64,000 nucleotides of DNA from a virus. Taxonomy: Duplodnaviria; Heunggongvirae; Uroviricota; Caudoviricetes. Both the position numbers and the translations under genes were made by a program. Numbering within the stretch: the first letter of the stretch is position 1; every line of letters starts with the position of its first letter. Below, in pieces: positions 34,026-44,300 of the stretch. The stretch lies in the IMG/VR virus record IMGVR_UViG_3300021388_000002; one strand, given 5' to 3'. The notes beneath the pieces were generated by a model, which saw only the letters and a program-made list of their open reading frames with translations, was not told the origin of the DNA and made no database searches.

Positions 34026-34441
34026 TGGACCTGGTCGCTATCACTAACGCACTGGCCGAGCAGATCACCACGTACACCGGCCTGCGGGCGCTCGGCCAGG
34101 CCCGGGACAGCGTGACCCCGCCCTGCGCGGTGATCATCCCCGGGAACCCGGCCGTCAGCTACGGCAGCACCATGGATGAGACCCTGTCCATGAACCTGAT
34201 GGTGCTGCTGATCATCTCTGACGCGGCCCCGGTGGAGATGACCCAGCGCGCCCTGAACACCTACCTCGGCATCGGGGCCGGGGAGGGCGAGTCGGTGCCC
34301 GCGGCCATCCTGCAGGACCCCTCGCTGGGCGGCGTGGCGCACTGGTGTGAGCCAGTATCGGTGACCAACTACGGCCGGATCGAGTACGCCGGGGTGACTT
34401 ACTTCGGGGCCAGGCTCAATGTGACGGTCGGCGCCCAGTAA
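34025..34441 (+). CDS. Tail terminator-like protein
   Basis: TPPCAVI..., TNYGRIEYAGVTYFGARLNV pattern; position in the tail module. Confidence 0.7.
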   Translation: MDLVAITNALAEQITTYTGLRALGQARDSVTPPCAVIIPGNPAVSYGSTMDETLSMNLMVLLIISDAAPVEMTQRALNTYLGIGAGEGESVPAAILQDPSLGGVAHWCEPVSVTNYGRIEYAGVTYFGARLNVTVGAQ

Positions 34442-34535
34442 TCAGCGCCGGGCCGCGCTACGATGCGAACGTAGGATCTCGCGCCTGCGGCCCTGCTGGG
34501 AGCCAGGCTTCTCCGACCGACGAGGAGCCGTTCCC

Positions 34536-35492
34536 ATGCCCCAGCCGACGATCATGCCTGGCGGCGACACCTGGACCGTCACCCGCGTGCGCATTCCCGA
34601 GCACGTCGTCCCGGGCAAGCGCCTGGGCCGCCACGTCGTGCACGACTCGCGGAACCGCCGGTACCCCTACCAACGCAAGACCCGCAAGCTGACCAGCCAG
34701 CTGTGGACCCGGAACATCCCCATCCTGGACCAGGGCGACGTCGGGTCCTGCACGGGCAACATGACGGTCGGCGGCCTGGGCACGGCCCCGCTGTTCGCGG
34801 TGGCGGACCGCTCGGCCACCTACCTGAACGAGCAGCTGGCCCTGGCCATCTACTCCGCGGCCGAGACCATCGACGGGGACGGGCCCTACCCGCCGAACGA
34901 CAACGGCAGTTCCGGGCCGAGCGCCGAGCAGGCGGCGAAGAACATGGGCCTGATCAGCGGTTACACCCACGCGTTCACCCTGGAAGACCTGCTCGATGCG
35001 CTGGAGGACGGCCCGGCCGGGATCGGGTCGAACTGGTATGACTCGATGGATACCCCGGACTCCTCGGGCCTGGTCACCATCAGCGCTGACGCCCAGGTCC
35101 GCGGTGGCCACGAGTACCTGTGCCGGGGCAAGGATGTCGCGAGCCAGCTGCTGCACTTTGACAACAGCTGGGGCTCAGGCTGGGGCGTGCAGGGCTCATT
35201 CACGATGAGCTACGACACCGTGACCCGGCTGCTGGGCGAGCAGGGGGACGTGACCGTGCCGCTGCCGCTGAGCGTGCCCGCACCCACTCCGGTGCCCACA
35301 CCTAAGCCCACGCCCACGCCGACGCCCACGCCGACGCCCACGCCGACGCCCACGCCAGCACCGGACCAGGACCCGGCCGACCTGACGCTGGCCCGGCAGG
35401 TGCGGTCCTGGGTGAGCCAGCGGCAGCACGGCCCGGCGGCGCAGATCGCCAGCGACCTGAAGCTGTGGCTGGCCGCCAAGGGCCTGGACTGA
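34536..35492 (+). CDS. Papain-like (C1 family) cysteine peptidase with (PT)n linker
   Basis: DQGDVGSCTG, GGHEY, NSWG..WG catalytic motifs. Confidence 0.85.
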   Translation: MPQPTIMPGGDTWTVTRVRIPEHVVPGKRLGRHVVHDSRNRRYPYQRKTRKLTSQLWTRNIPILDQGDVGSCTGNMTVGGLGTAPLFAVADRSATYLNEQLALAIYSAAETIDGDGPYPPNDNGSSGPSAEQAAKNMGLISGYTHAFTLEDLLDALEDGPAGIGSNWYDSMDTPDSSGLVTISADAQVRGGHEYLCRGKDVASQLLHFDNSWGSGWGVQGSFTMSYDTVTRLLGEQGDVTVPLPLSVPAPTPVPTPKPTPTPTPTPTPTPTPTPAPDQDPADLTLARQVRSWVSQRQHGPAAQIASDLKLWLAAKGLD

Positions 35493-35701
35493 TGCCAATG
35501 GAGGCCTATCCCGACGTCAGCGTGCAGACCCCGGACGGGACGCTGCGGGTCTGCCAGCCGGTCACGGTCGTGTACGACACCCTGAGCGATTCAGCCGTCA
35601 CGCTCGCGGCCGGGGAGCCGGAGATCACGCTGGCCGGCCGGCCCATCAGCCGGGACCAGGCGGAACAGCTGATCAAGGCGGCCAGGGAGGCACAGGCATG
35701 A
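35471..35701 (+). CDS. Hypothetical protein
   Basis: Operon position. Confidence 0.5.
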   Translation, partial: GRQGPGLMPMEAYPDVSVQTPDGTLRVCQPVTVVYDTLSDSAVTLAAGEPEITLAGRPISRDQAEQLIKAAREAQA

Positions 35702-35873
35702 AGCTAGTGGCGGTAAGGAAGCGCACGGCTCTGGGCAGCTCGGCTGCTGCCCTGGCCGCTGCGGGCATCGCCCTCTACATCACGAGCGGCGGGGCCTGGT
35801 GGGTGTTCTACGTGTACCTGGCCTCGCTGGCTCTCAGCTTCCTGGCTCTCCGCGGCGGGAGACAAGCCAGCTG
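35698..35873 (+). CDS. Small two-helix membrane protein
   Basis: ATGA coupling; hydrophobic. Confidence 0.5.
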
Positions 35874-36056
35874 ATGGCAGACCTGGAATCCGTGATCGAT
35901 GAGTGGGCACGGGCCCAGATCGCGGCAGCCGTCCAGCTGCCCGTCCAGCCAGGCGAGCCGGTGAGCCGGGATCTCGCGCACCACATCCGGATGAGCGAGC
36001 AGCTGATGGCCCAGATCATCCGGCCCGGCCCGCTGTGCGTGGTGACAGGGGTCTGA
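35874..36056 (+). CDS. Hypothetical protein
   Basis: Follows the upstream stop directly. Confidence 0.5.
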   Translation: MADLESVIDEWARAQIAAAVQLPVQPGEPVSRDLAHHIRMSEQLMAQIIRPGPLCVVTGV

Positions 36057-36070
36057 CAGGTGGTAATCAA

Positions 36071-36097
36071 ATGCGCGTCCTGATTGTTCATCCAGGC
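36071..36097 (+). pseudogene. Orphaned N-terminus (MRVLIVHPG) of the downstream glycosyltransferase
   Basis: Same 9 residues recur with different codons at 36698-36724. Confidence 0.75.
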
Positions 36098-36123
36098 AGC
36101 CATGAATTACATCCTGGACCAGG

Positions 36124-36129
36124 TAATCT
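36124..36129 (+). promoter_or_regulatory. -10 box TAATCT for the HNH (leaderless)
   Basis: 6 nt before ATG 36136. Confidence 0.55.
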
Positions 36130-36135
36130 CTGTGT

Positions 36136-36681
36136 ATGACCAGGAGATACGCAGAGATACCCGTCACTTGGGAGATGCACGAGCGGTTCGAGGCCAAGCT
36201 GCTGCCAGGTCCGCCATCGCCCGACGAGGAGCTAGCACCAGGCCCGTGCTGGCACTGGTCGGGCGGCCATTTCAAGAAAACGGGCTATGCCATGTTCAGC
36301 GTCAAGCACGCGGACGGGCACTGGGCACCAACTACCGCGCACCGGATTGCGTGGCGGCTGTACCGGGGCGAATTCGACCCCGAGCTGGAACCAGATCATC
36401 TGTGCCGAAACAGAGCGTGTGTGAACCCCTGGCATGGCGAGCCAGTAACGCGGCGCGTCAACATGCTTCGTGGCGACCATCCGACTGCGATTCTCAGCAG
36501 GCTGGGCAAATGCCCGCACGGGCACGAGATGACAGAGGACAATACGCTCACGCGAAAGAGCGGCAAGCGCGAGTGCAAGGCCTGCGTTCAGGCCCGCGAC
36601 CGGGCGCGCAGCAAAGACCGCAAAGAGCACTATCAGCGGATGTACCAGAACCGGAAAGCGAGGCGTGCTGTCGCCTCCTAG
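36136..36681 (+). CDS. HNH homing endonuclease
   Basis: CWHWSG, AHRIAW, DHLCRNRACVNPWH, CPHGHE...RECKAC. Confidence 0.92.
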   Translation: MTRRYAEIPVTWEMHERFEAKLLPGPPSPDEELAPGPCWHWSGGHFKKTGYAMFSVKHADGHWAPTTAHRIAWRLYRGEFDPELEPDHLCRNRACVNPWHGEPVTRRVNMLRGDHPTAILSRLGKCPHGHEMTEDNTLTRKSGKRECKACVQARDRARSKDRKEHYQRMYQNRKARRAVAS

Positions 36682-36697
36682 AGGAGGTGATGCCCCC

Positions 36698-37763
36698 ATG
36701 CGTGTACTGATAGTGCACCCTGGTTTAAGGTCCCGACTTCTCCGTGCACGACGTATATGCCGGATGGCATGAGGCCCTGGCCGGGCTCGGCTGCCAGGTG
36801 GCGGGCTATAACCTCAACGACCGGCTGATCTTCTACTCGATGGCCCTGATGGACACGGGTGAGAAAGACGAGAACGGCCTCCCGGTCGTGCGCCAGGCCA
36901 TGATCCAGGAGCAGGCCTATGCCGCCGCGATCCAGGGCCTGAGCCACGCCTGCTACACATTCTGGCCCGACGTCGTGCTGTTCATCTCGGCTTTCTTCAT
37001 AAACGCTGCGACATTCCAGCTGCTGCGCGAGCGGCGGCACAAGCTGGTCATCCTGCACACAGAATCGCCCTATCAGGACGAGGAGCAGCTGGTCAGGGGA
37101 CAGCTGGCCCACCTGAACCTGCTGAATGACCCCACCAACATTGATGAGTTCAGGCGGTTCAGCCGGGCGGCGTACATGCCGCATGCCTACCGGCCCTCGG
37201 TGCACTATCCCCGGCGCGGCCCAGTCGATCCGGCCCGGGCCAGTGACCTGTGCTTCATCGGCACCGCGTTCCGGTCCCGGGTTGAGTTCTTTGAGGCCAT
37301 GGACCTGTCCGGGCTGGATGTGCTGATCGGCGGCAACGACTGGGGCTCGATCCCGGCCGGCTCCCCGGTTGCGCCGCTGATCGGCTCCGGGCTGGGCAAC
37401 CCGGACTGCGTGGACAACCCCCAGGCGGCTGAGCTGTACCGGCACGCGCGGATGGGCATCAACTTCTACCGCCGTGAGGCTGAGGAAGGCTGGGACACCC
37501 GGGCCTGGGCCATGGGCCCGCGGGAAGTGGAGATGGCGGCCATCGGGCTGCCGTTCCTGCGCGACCCGCGCGGCGAGGGTGACGAGGTGCTGCCCATGCT
37601 GCCAACTTTCGCCGGTCCCGAGGACGCCAGCGAGCAGCTGCGCTGGTGGCTGGAGCATGAGGCCGAGCGCGAGAAAGCGGCGGCTGAAGCCCAGGCGGCG
37701 ATCGCGGGCCGCACCTTTGAGGCCAGCGCACGCACATTTCTCCAGCTCGTCAGCAAGCTATGA
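36698..37763 (+). CDS. Glycosyltransferase (CgeB/DUF3880-like); frame broken by a 7-nt insert at 36725-36731
   Basis: Strong SD + MRVLIVHPG in one frame; PDFSVHDVY...MGPREVEMAAIG in the +1 frame; ORF track starts at GTG 36744. Confidence 0.8.
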
Positions 37764-37799
37764 GGCATAACCCGGTACGTACGTGGGATACTGAGGGAC

Positions 37800-38228
37800 G
37801 TGACCGAGCCGCTGCCACTTCTGGTTGATATCGCACGTCAGTCCACGCTCACGCAGGGCCTGGAGGTGCAGTCAGGAGGCTTCGAGGCGGTCAGAGGAGA
37901 CATTGCCCAGCTCGGTCTTGAGGTGGGCAAGATCGTGACCGCAGTAGCCGCCCTACAGCAGAAGGTAGCAACGCTCATGTCCGAAGACGCCACCGTCGCA
38001 GCCGAAGCAGCCGACATCGAGACCCAGCAGGGCAACATCAGCACTGCTCTGGGCAGCATCCAGCAGCTGTTCGCCGCCCTCCAGACCGAGGTCTCCCAGG
38101 GCAACCTGTCGCAGGCCACCCTGGACGCCCTGTCCAAGGCCCAGAAGGACCTGGACGCCGTGGGCGCCACCGCGCAGACCGACGTGACGGCTGACACGCC
38201 GTCCAGCACGCCAGTCACCGGGTCCTGA
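37800..38228 (+). CDS. Coiled-coil hypothetical protein
   Basis: Heptad-like Q/A/L-rich sequence. Confidence 0.6.
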   Translation: MTEPLPLLVDIARQSTLTQGLEVQSGGFEAVRGDIAQLGLEVGKIVTAVAALQQKVATLMSEDATVAAEAADIETQQGNISTALGSIQQLFAALQTEVSQGNLSQATLDALSKAQKDLDAVGATAQTDVTADTPSSTPVTGS

Positions 38229-38642
38229 CCCACCCGCTTACGGGCGCAGAGCGCCGTCTGGCTGCGATCCTTCCCGCGGCCAGGCGGCGCTCTTGTGCGT
38301 GCATCCGCTGCGGCTAACGTACCGGGCTGCATCAGCACGGCAAAAATAACCCGCCGGGCGGTGTCATGTCCGGAGCGGGATCAGCTCTCTGCTGACGGGC
38401 GGCCCGGCGCGGCAGGGCAGCACCCGCGGTTCATCACCATTGCTCATGAGCCCTGGCCGGTGACCGGGCCGCCTGGCATGTGCACCCCCAGGGTCGGCTA
38501 CTGCGGCCCTGCGCTCCGCTCCAACAGCGTTCCCTCTGCCGGGGTTAGCTCCAGGCATCCGTCTCGCGTCGCCGCGCCCTCATCTCGCCCGGCCGGGTAC
38601 AGGCAGCTCGACTCGCTTACGCGCCCTGGGGGTACGGCCAGC

Positions 38643-38999
38643 CTACAGGCCGAAGTACGCCACGTCCTCGGCGTCCAGCTCGAATGCGGCCTCGCTGTTG
38701 GTCTCGAACGAGCGCTGCCACCGCTGGAAGTCCTCGACCTGACGGCGGTGCTGCTCCACCTTGGCGTAGCACTCGTTCAGCCGGGCCTGGCGCTGCGGGT
38801 CCACTACCGCGTCCAGCCGCTCGCCCCCGGTCACGGGGCGCACGCGGAACTCCACGCCTGACTCGCGCAGCCGCGCCTCAGCCTGGCCCTGCTCGGCTTC
38901 CCAGAATTCCAGCCGCTCCTCGTGGTACGTGACCTGGTCAGCGCACGCGCTCGCGAGCACACCGCCGGCATAACTGAACCACAGCTCGTTCCGCAGCAT
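38643..38999 (-). CDS. Hypothetical protein
   Basis: ATG 38999 after GGGG SD, charged helical sequence. Confidence 0.6.
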   Translation of the reverse strand: MLRNELWFSYAGGVLASACADQVTYHEERLEFWEAEQGQAEARLRESGVEFRVRPVTGGERLDAVVDPQRQARLNECYAKVEQHRRQVEDFQRWQRSFETNSEAAFELDAEDVAYFGL

Positions 39000-39001
39000 G
39001 G

Positions 39002-39298
39002 TTACCCCCAGCTCAGGTTGGCCAGCGCGCAGCTGGCCCTGCCCTTGGGACCGTACCGGACGCGGCGCCCGACTGCCGGGGAATCGAATGCTTCCAGCAC
39101 CAGCCGGGCCACCAGCACGGTGCGGACCCGGCCGTAGCGGGACAGCGTGACCACCAGGTACCCACGGGAGTTGCGGTGAGCGGTGATGAGGCCGCCGGCT
39201 GACCCGGCCCGGCGCAGCGCGGCAACGTTCCCGGCATCGGAGATCTCGTAGAACCCCGCGTACCCCCGCACGGGCCGCCATCGTTCGGTATCCATCAC
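39002..39298 (-). CDS. NUMOD4-domain protein (degenerate HNH-type endonuclease)
   Basis: ERWRPVRGYAGFYEISDAGNV, GYLVVTL; HNH residues are not intact. Confidence 0.75.
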   Translation of the reverse strand: MMDTERWRPVRGYAGFYEISDAGNVAALRRAGSAGGLITAHRNSRGYLVVTLSRYGRVRTVLVARLVLEAFDSPAVGRRVRYGPKGRASCALANLSWG

Positions 39299-39580
39299 AC
39301 AGGCCCGTACCGTGCTGATTGCTAGCGAGCGGGCTGTCCCGCGCCGGAGAACGGGGCAGGCCGCTCCAGCGCGGGCCGGGCCTGTGGTGCAGCCCGCCTG
39401 GCTGATGATCCCGGTGAGGCCGGCAAGCGGCCAGGCCGGGCTGCACTGCCAGGCTAGCTGCTCAGCGGGGTGTTCATAAAGCTCTGGCGTTACAGTTGTT
39501 CCTGACGTTGCCGTGGCCCGTAGCTGCTAGCCGACAGTACGGACGAGAGCCGGCTCCCTTTTCCTTCTGAGGAGCCTGGC

Positions 39581-40027
39581 TTGTCCCGAATCCATGGCCG
39601 TAACGGCGTGGCGTACGTCGCGGTTGACGGCGCCGGGGGCGCGAACCCCACTGCCGCGCCGATGGCCTTCCTGAGCGACTGGTCGATCAACTTCACCGTG
39701 GCCAAGGTCGATGTGACCTCCATGGGTGACAGCAACCTGATCTACGTCGCCGGCCTCCCGGACGCATCGGGAGACTTCAGCGGCTTTTTCGACACCGCCA
39801 CCGCGCAGACCTACGTCGCAGCCACAGACGGCCTGCCGCGGAACTTCTACCTCTACCCGTCTACCATCGCGGCCCAGATGTCTCCTGTGCCCCAGTACTT
39901 CTTCGGCACGATCCTCCCTGACTACGCGATCGCGGGCGGCGTGACGGCAGCGGTGTCGCTCAAGAGCACCTGGAACGCGGCCAGCAAGATCCAGCGGTAC
40001 CCGACCTACGGCAACCCGGGCACCTGA
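39581..40027 (+). CDS. Major tail protein
   Basis: DWSINFTVAKVDVTSMGD...GLPDASGDFSGFFD; directly before chaperones and tape measure. Confidence 0.8.
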   Translation: MSRIHGRNGVAYVAVDGAGGANPTAAPMAFLSDWSINFTVAKVDVTSMGDSNLIYVAGLPDASGDFSGFFDTATAQTYVAATDGLPRNFYLYPSTIAAQMSPVPQYFFGTILPDYAIAGGVTAAVSLKSTWNAASKIQRYPTYGNPGT

Positions 40028-40112
40028 TCCCGCCCCGGACGCCAGGGCACCGGAGTGACACGGTGCCCTGGCCCGGGTTCGTACCGGCGACGAGCAACTG
40101 CAGGAGGCAGCT

Positions 40113-40691
40113 ATGTCCCAGGACGCAGGCATCGACCTGGACTACGACGACCCCAGGGCCTGGGATACCGAGCTGGCCCGCATCCAGGGCGAGAGCGCGG
40201 GCCTGCCCGAGCCCCAGCCGGCCGAGATCGAGATCGCGCCGGGCCAGATCGTGACCTCGGACCGCACCATCGAGTTCATGGGCGCGCGGTTCCGGATCGC
40301 GGACAAGATCGGGCTGATGCCCCTGCTGAAGTTCAGCGCGGCCTCGGACATGAACACCGCGGACCCGCGGGCACTGGCTGCCATGTACGCCATGCTGCGC
40401 GACTGCATCCACCAGGGCAGCCCGGCCTGCAGGGAATGCGCGGCCTGCAAGGCGGGTGACGAAGCCAGCTGCAAGGACAGCGACCCCGGTGACTGGAAAC
40501 GGTTCGAGGATCACGCCATCGACACCAAGGCCGAGGCCGATGACCTGCTGGACGTCATCACCAAGACCATGGAGCTGATCGCCGGGCGCCCTACCGAGCC
40601 GCCCTCTACCTCCTCGCCTGGACGGCAAAGCACGCGGGACGCGTCGATGGCACGCTCCTCCGCTCGGGCGCGCCGGGGCTCCAGGCGCTGA
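40113..40691 (+). CDS. Tail assembly chaperone
   Basis: Position; LMPLLKF...ELIAGRPT pattern. Confidence 0.7.
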   Translation: MSQDAGIDLDYDDPRAWDTELARIQGESAGLPEPQPAEIEIAPGQIVTSDRTIEFMGARFRIADKIGLMPLLKFSAASDMNTADPRALAAMYAMLRDCIHQGSPACRECAACKAGDEASCKDSDPGDWKRFEDHAIDTKAEADDLLDVITKTMELIAGRPTEPPSTSSPGRQSTRDASMARSSARARRGSRR

Positions 40692-40711
40692 GCCCGCGGC
40701 AGGCCTGCAAC

Positions 40712-40939
40712 GTGGCCTACGCGCTCCTGGCTGAAGGCCGGAACACCGAGGAGGCGATCGAGCAGCTGGACGCCGCCATCGGCATGACAGAGGACCCGGC
40801 TGAGGAGGCCAGGCGGGAGCTGCGCAAGCACCAGGAAGCCTCCGGCATGACGTTCGAGAACCCGGACGCGCCGGTCGCGCCGCCAGACCAGGACGGGGTG
40901 GAGAGCTGGATGACACGCGATGAGGAGTTCGGCCGGTGA
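40712..40939 (+). CDS. Second tail assembly chaperone ORF (possible frameshift extension)
   Basis: The -1 frame stays open upstream, overlapping the first chaperone. Confidence 0.55.
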   Translation: MAYALLAEGRNTEEAIEQLDAAIGMTEDPAEEARRELRKHQEASGMTFENPDAPVAPPDQDGVESWMTRDEEFGR

Positions 40940-41295
40940 TCAGTCACTTCGTCCTGGATGAGAGCGCGTTCGAGGAGCTGTTCCGGACCGAGGACAGCCC
41001 GGTCGGCAAGCTGGTAGAGGAGCTGTCCGAGCGGGCGGCGCTCATCGCCCGGGGCGTGGTGCACGTCCGGCCCGGCACCCCGCGCTCCACGGTGTGGACA
41101 CCCCGCAGCACAGCCTGGCCGCGCGGCTACACCAAGGCCAGCATCCACGTGCACGGACCGGTCCGCGGCCGGGACTGGATCTACGGCGGGGTCAACGCCG
41201 CGGGCAACCCCGGCTTCTTCCTGGAGCACCCGGCCGAGCAGATGTACCAGCCCTACCCGTTCCTGACCACCGGCCTGGACTCGCTGGGGCTGTGA
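40936..41295 (+). CDS. Tail-completion / neck protein (HK97 gp10-like)
   Basis: FLEHP...YPFLTTGLD C-terminal pattern. Confidence 0.6.
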   Translation: MISHFVLDESAFEELFRTEDSPVGKLVEELSERAALIARGVVHVRPGTPRSTVWTPRSTAWPRGYTKASIHVHGPVRGRDWIYGGVNAAGNPGFFLEHPAEQMYQPYPFLTTGLDSLGL

Positions 41296-41344
41296 CCATG
41301 ACCCGCCAGCCGCACCGGGAGGGGGGTGCTGCCTTATCGCCCGC

Positions 41345-44300
41345 ATGCTTGGCGAGGCCTTCGTTGTTATCTCCACCATCGGCCCGGATCGCGCGACGAT
41401 TGACGCTGATGTCCGCAAGGCCACCACCGGGCTGCACCCGCAGGTCCCGCTCGGCGCCACCCCGGACCTGAAGGCGATCGCCGCCGCGCTGGCCAAGATC
41501 CAGGCCCAGATTGACGCCTTCCAGGAAAAAGCCAAGATCGGGGCCCAGGCTGATATCAGCAGCGTGATGGCGGCCCTGGCGGACCTGGAGGCCCGGGTCC
41601 AGGCAGCTAAGCCGGACATCAGGATCGGCGCGGACATCAGCGGCGTGCCCGCGGCGATGGCCCGGCTGCAGGCTGAGCTGAAGGCGATGAGCACCGGGAG
41701 CAGTGTCTTCGCTGACATGCTGGACCTGAACGTCCCGCAGGGCCAGCTCATCAAGCAGCTGAACCTGCTGCGGCGGCTGGTCCAGCAGTCCGACCTGTCT
41801 GACATGCTCGGCGTCAACCTGAACACCTCCCAGCTGAAAGAGCAGCTGGAGAAGGTCGCGGACCTGTCCGAGACGGTAGACGTCGGCGCTAACACCGAAA
41901 GCGCGAACGCTGCCATCGAGGCTCTGCGCGCCCGGATTGATGCCGCTTCGGGCGGCCTGGCCATCCTGCGGGTCGGCGCGGATACCAAGGAAGCTGAGGC
42001 GGCTGTCCTGGCGCTGCAGGCCCGGCTGGAGAAGCTGAGGGCCCAGTCCACCAAGCTGATCATCACGGGTGACCCCAGCATGCTGGAAGCCCAGATCGCC
42101 AAGCTGGAGGCCAGCCTGGCCAGGCTCCGGCAAGAAGGCTCGGATCTGGTGTTCAAGGCCAACACGACCGGGGCCACGGCCCAGATCGCCAGGCTGGAAA
42201 AGCAGGTCAGCGACCTGTACGCCCGGTGGGACAAGCTGGACGAGGCCGGCGCCCCGGACGTGGACATCACCGCGGTGACCACGAAGATCCTCGCCCTGGA
42301 AGCCCAGCTGCAGGTACTGAAATCCAGCGCCGAGGCCATCAAGTTCGCCGCCGACAACAAGGCCATCAACGCCTCGATCACCGCGACCGAGGCCAAGATC
42401 GAGGCGCTGAAAGAGCAGGCCGCCAGCGTCAAGCTGGGCTCGCTCGATACCGCCGGGCTGCTCGCGGCCCAGGCCGGGATCACCGGCATCGAGGCAGCCA
42501 TGGCCCGGATGGCACCCGCCACCGCAGAGGCCACCACGCTGTGGGGCGGCCTGAACAAGACCCTGGCCACGACCGGCGTCGGCTGGACCGCGACCATCGG
42601 CGGCATCGCGGGCTGGCACATCGTGCTGGACGCCGCGATCGAGGCGGCCATCATCCTGGCAGGCTCGGTCCTGGCCCTGGGCGCCGCCGCGGCAGCGGTC
42701 TACCCGGCCATCGACCAGCTCGGCTACGGGATCAACCACAGCCTGCAGGCCATGACGGCGCTGGGCACCGACGCCGGGCCGCTGGCGGGCAAGCTGGACC
42801 AGCTGCAGCGCTCGGTCGTGCCGCAGGTCTACGAAGCGCTCGGCGGTGCGCTGCAGCTGGTGACCGGCCAGGCGGGCGTGCTGGCCAAGACGGCCCACGA
42901 GGTCGTCACCATGTTCGATGACTGGATCGCCAGGATCGACATCTGGGCGGGTCACCAGAGAAGCATGGACGGCCTGCTGCAGGGCGGTGTCGGCTACCTG
43001 TCCCAGCTGGGGAAGTTCTTCGGCATCCTGGCCCAGGCCATCAACAACCTGCTGGCCAAGGACCCCGGCATCGCCCACTACTTCCTGGACATCTTCCAGG
43101 GCATCGCGCTGCTGCTGGAGGGGTTCTCCAAGCTGCCCGCGCCGATCGTGGAGACGGTGCTGGCCCTGCACGGCATCTATATCTGGGGCAGCGTGCTGGG
43201 CGGCATCCTGCTCAAGGTCGCCACCGGCATCGGCCACCTGGTCGGCGTCCTGGCCGGCCTGGCCACCGACCCGCTGTTCTGGGTCGTGGCCGCTGCCGCC
43301 GCGGTGAGCTACCTCTCCTACCAGCTGACCCAGGCCTCCACATACGCCAAGAGCTTCAACGCCGCGCTGGAAGCGGGCCTGGCCAGCGACACCGCCAGCC
43401 AGGCCATCACGCAGATCAGCAGCGACATCGGCAAGCTGAACGAGCAGATCGGGGAAGTCCCTAACCGGCTGAACAACGTCCAGGACGCGGCAGACCGGGC
43501 GTTCACGGCCGGGGGCAAGGCGCTTGAGCAGGGCATCGGCGCCTTCACCAAGGGCAACATAGCGTCCGCCACCGGGAACTGGCTCAAGATGCTGGGCGAT
43601 GTCGGCAAGGGGTTCGCTGACACAGCCACCGGGATTCTCCACTTCACCCAGACCGGCAACGACGTGGCCCAGTTCCGGGGCGAGATCACCAAGCTGACCG
43701 GTGAGCAGAACAACCTGTTCGAGGCCACCGGGAAGCTGATCGACAAGAACAACCACCTGGGTACCGGGGCGCTGAGCGTCAGCCAGGCCTTCGCGCTGAT
43801 GGACATGGCCGGCGTCCAGTCCAGCGACAGCTTTGAGCTGATCATGCAGAAGGTCACCAACCTGATCCACGGCTACCAGGCCATGTCCATCCAGGGCGGG
43901 CTGCTGGCCAACACGATCAACGCGATGAACTTCCAGACCGCCCAGCAGGACTCCAAGGTCCAGGCGGTCAACTCGGCCTGGGACAACTTCTTCAGCACCG
44001 TGACCGGCGGGGTCTCCGGGTTCGACAGCTTCGCCACCCAGTCCATGGGCCTGTACTCCTCCCTGGGCGACGCCGCCGCCAAGCTGTCGGTCTCCAACGG
44101 CAAGGCGTCCATCGCGCTGCAGGCCACCACGGCGGCGGCGAACACCGGCAAGGCCTCGATGACCGGGCTGAACACGGCCAGCCTGCAGCTGCGGGACTCG
44201 TTCGTGCAGACCGCTACCTCGGCCAACACCCAGATGGACAACCTGACCACGCTGGCCAGCGCGGCCGGGCTCGGGGCCCGGGGCACCGCGCTGCTGACCC

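Noticed and set aside
35280-35360. Short tandem repeats (also 54415-54510 and 3300-3345)
   Set aside because: They encode ordinary PT, ATGT and EPG linkers
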